IMG/VR virus record: IMGVR_UViG_2778261543_000002
Strand: one strand, 5' to 3'
Source of the DNA: a virus
Lineage: Duplodnaviria > Heunggongvirae > Uroviricota > Caudoviricetes
Length of the DNA stretch: 4,063 nucleotides
The stretch's first letter is position 1, and every line of letters begins with the position of its first letter. Below are positions 3,960-4,063 of the stretch, piece by piece. The translations under genes and the position numbers were made by a program. The notes beneath the pieces were generated by a model, which was given only the letters and a program-made list of their open reading frames with translations, ran no database searches and was not told the DNA's origin.

Positions 3960-4063
3960 GCTCCTCTCCTTTGATATGAATGCCAGCAACACGTAGTTCA
4001 TGTTCTAAGGAAGGTGCGAATAAGCAGGTCATTTCTTCCCAAGCTGACTCGCTGATTAAAATT

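Noticed and set aside
1-4063. CRISPR array, tRNA/rRNA genes, IS element or integrase
   Set aside because: No spaced direct-repeat array, no cloverleaf-like conserved tRNA features, no terminal inverted repeats with a transposase frame, and no long recombinase ORF.

Overview
This window reads as a lambdoid-prophage segment of an Escherichia-type genome, with every supported gene on the minus strand (transcription runs from high to low coordinates). From right to left: (1) a tightly packed operon of five small or mid-sized hypothetical genes (118 aa zinc-ribbon-like, 70 aa, 72 aa AT-rich single-pass membrane peptide, 87 aa, 273 aa acidic protein with internal repeats) closed by a bidirectional hairpin terminator near 1876-1906; (2) a complete hok/sok-type type I toxin-antitoxin locus whose toxin matches HokD/RelF as I recall it, with an upstream mok-like frame, a sok-like antisense promoter and RNA on the plus strand, 5'/3' fold-back complementarity and its own terminator, and no relBE upstream; (3) an AT-rich promoter-like spacer and a small Rem-like gene; (4) nin-region-type genes: a 199 aa DUF1367-like protein coupled by a TAATG overlap to the N-terminal part of a cysteine-rich DUF1364/YbcO-like protein running off the left edge. 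No tRNA, rRNA, CRISPR array or transposase is visible. The best candidate for an undescribed system is the coupled membrane-peptide / 87 aa / 273 aa cassette (1992-3307), possibly together with the two genes upstream of it; its function cannot be assigned from sequence alone. All family assignments are from memory, not from a database search.
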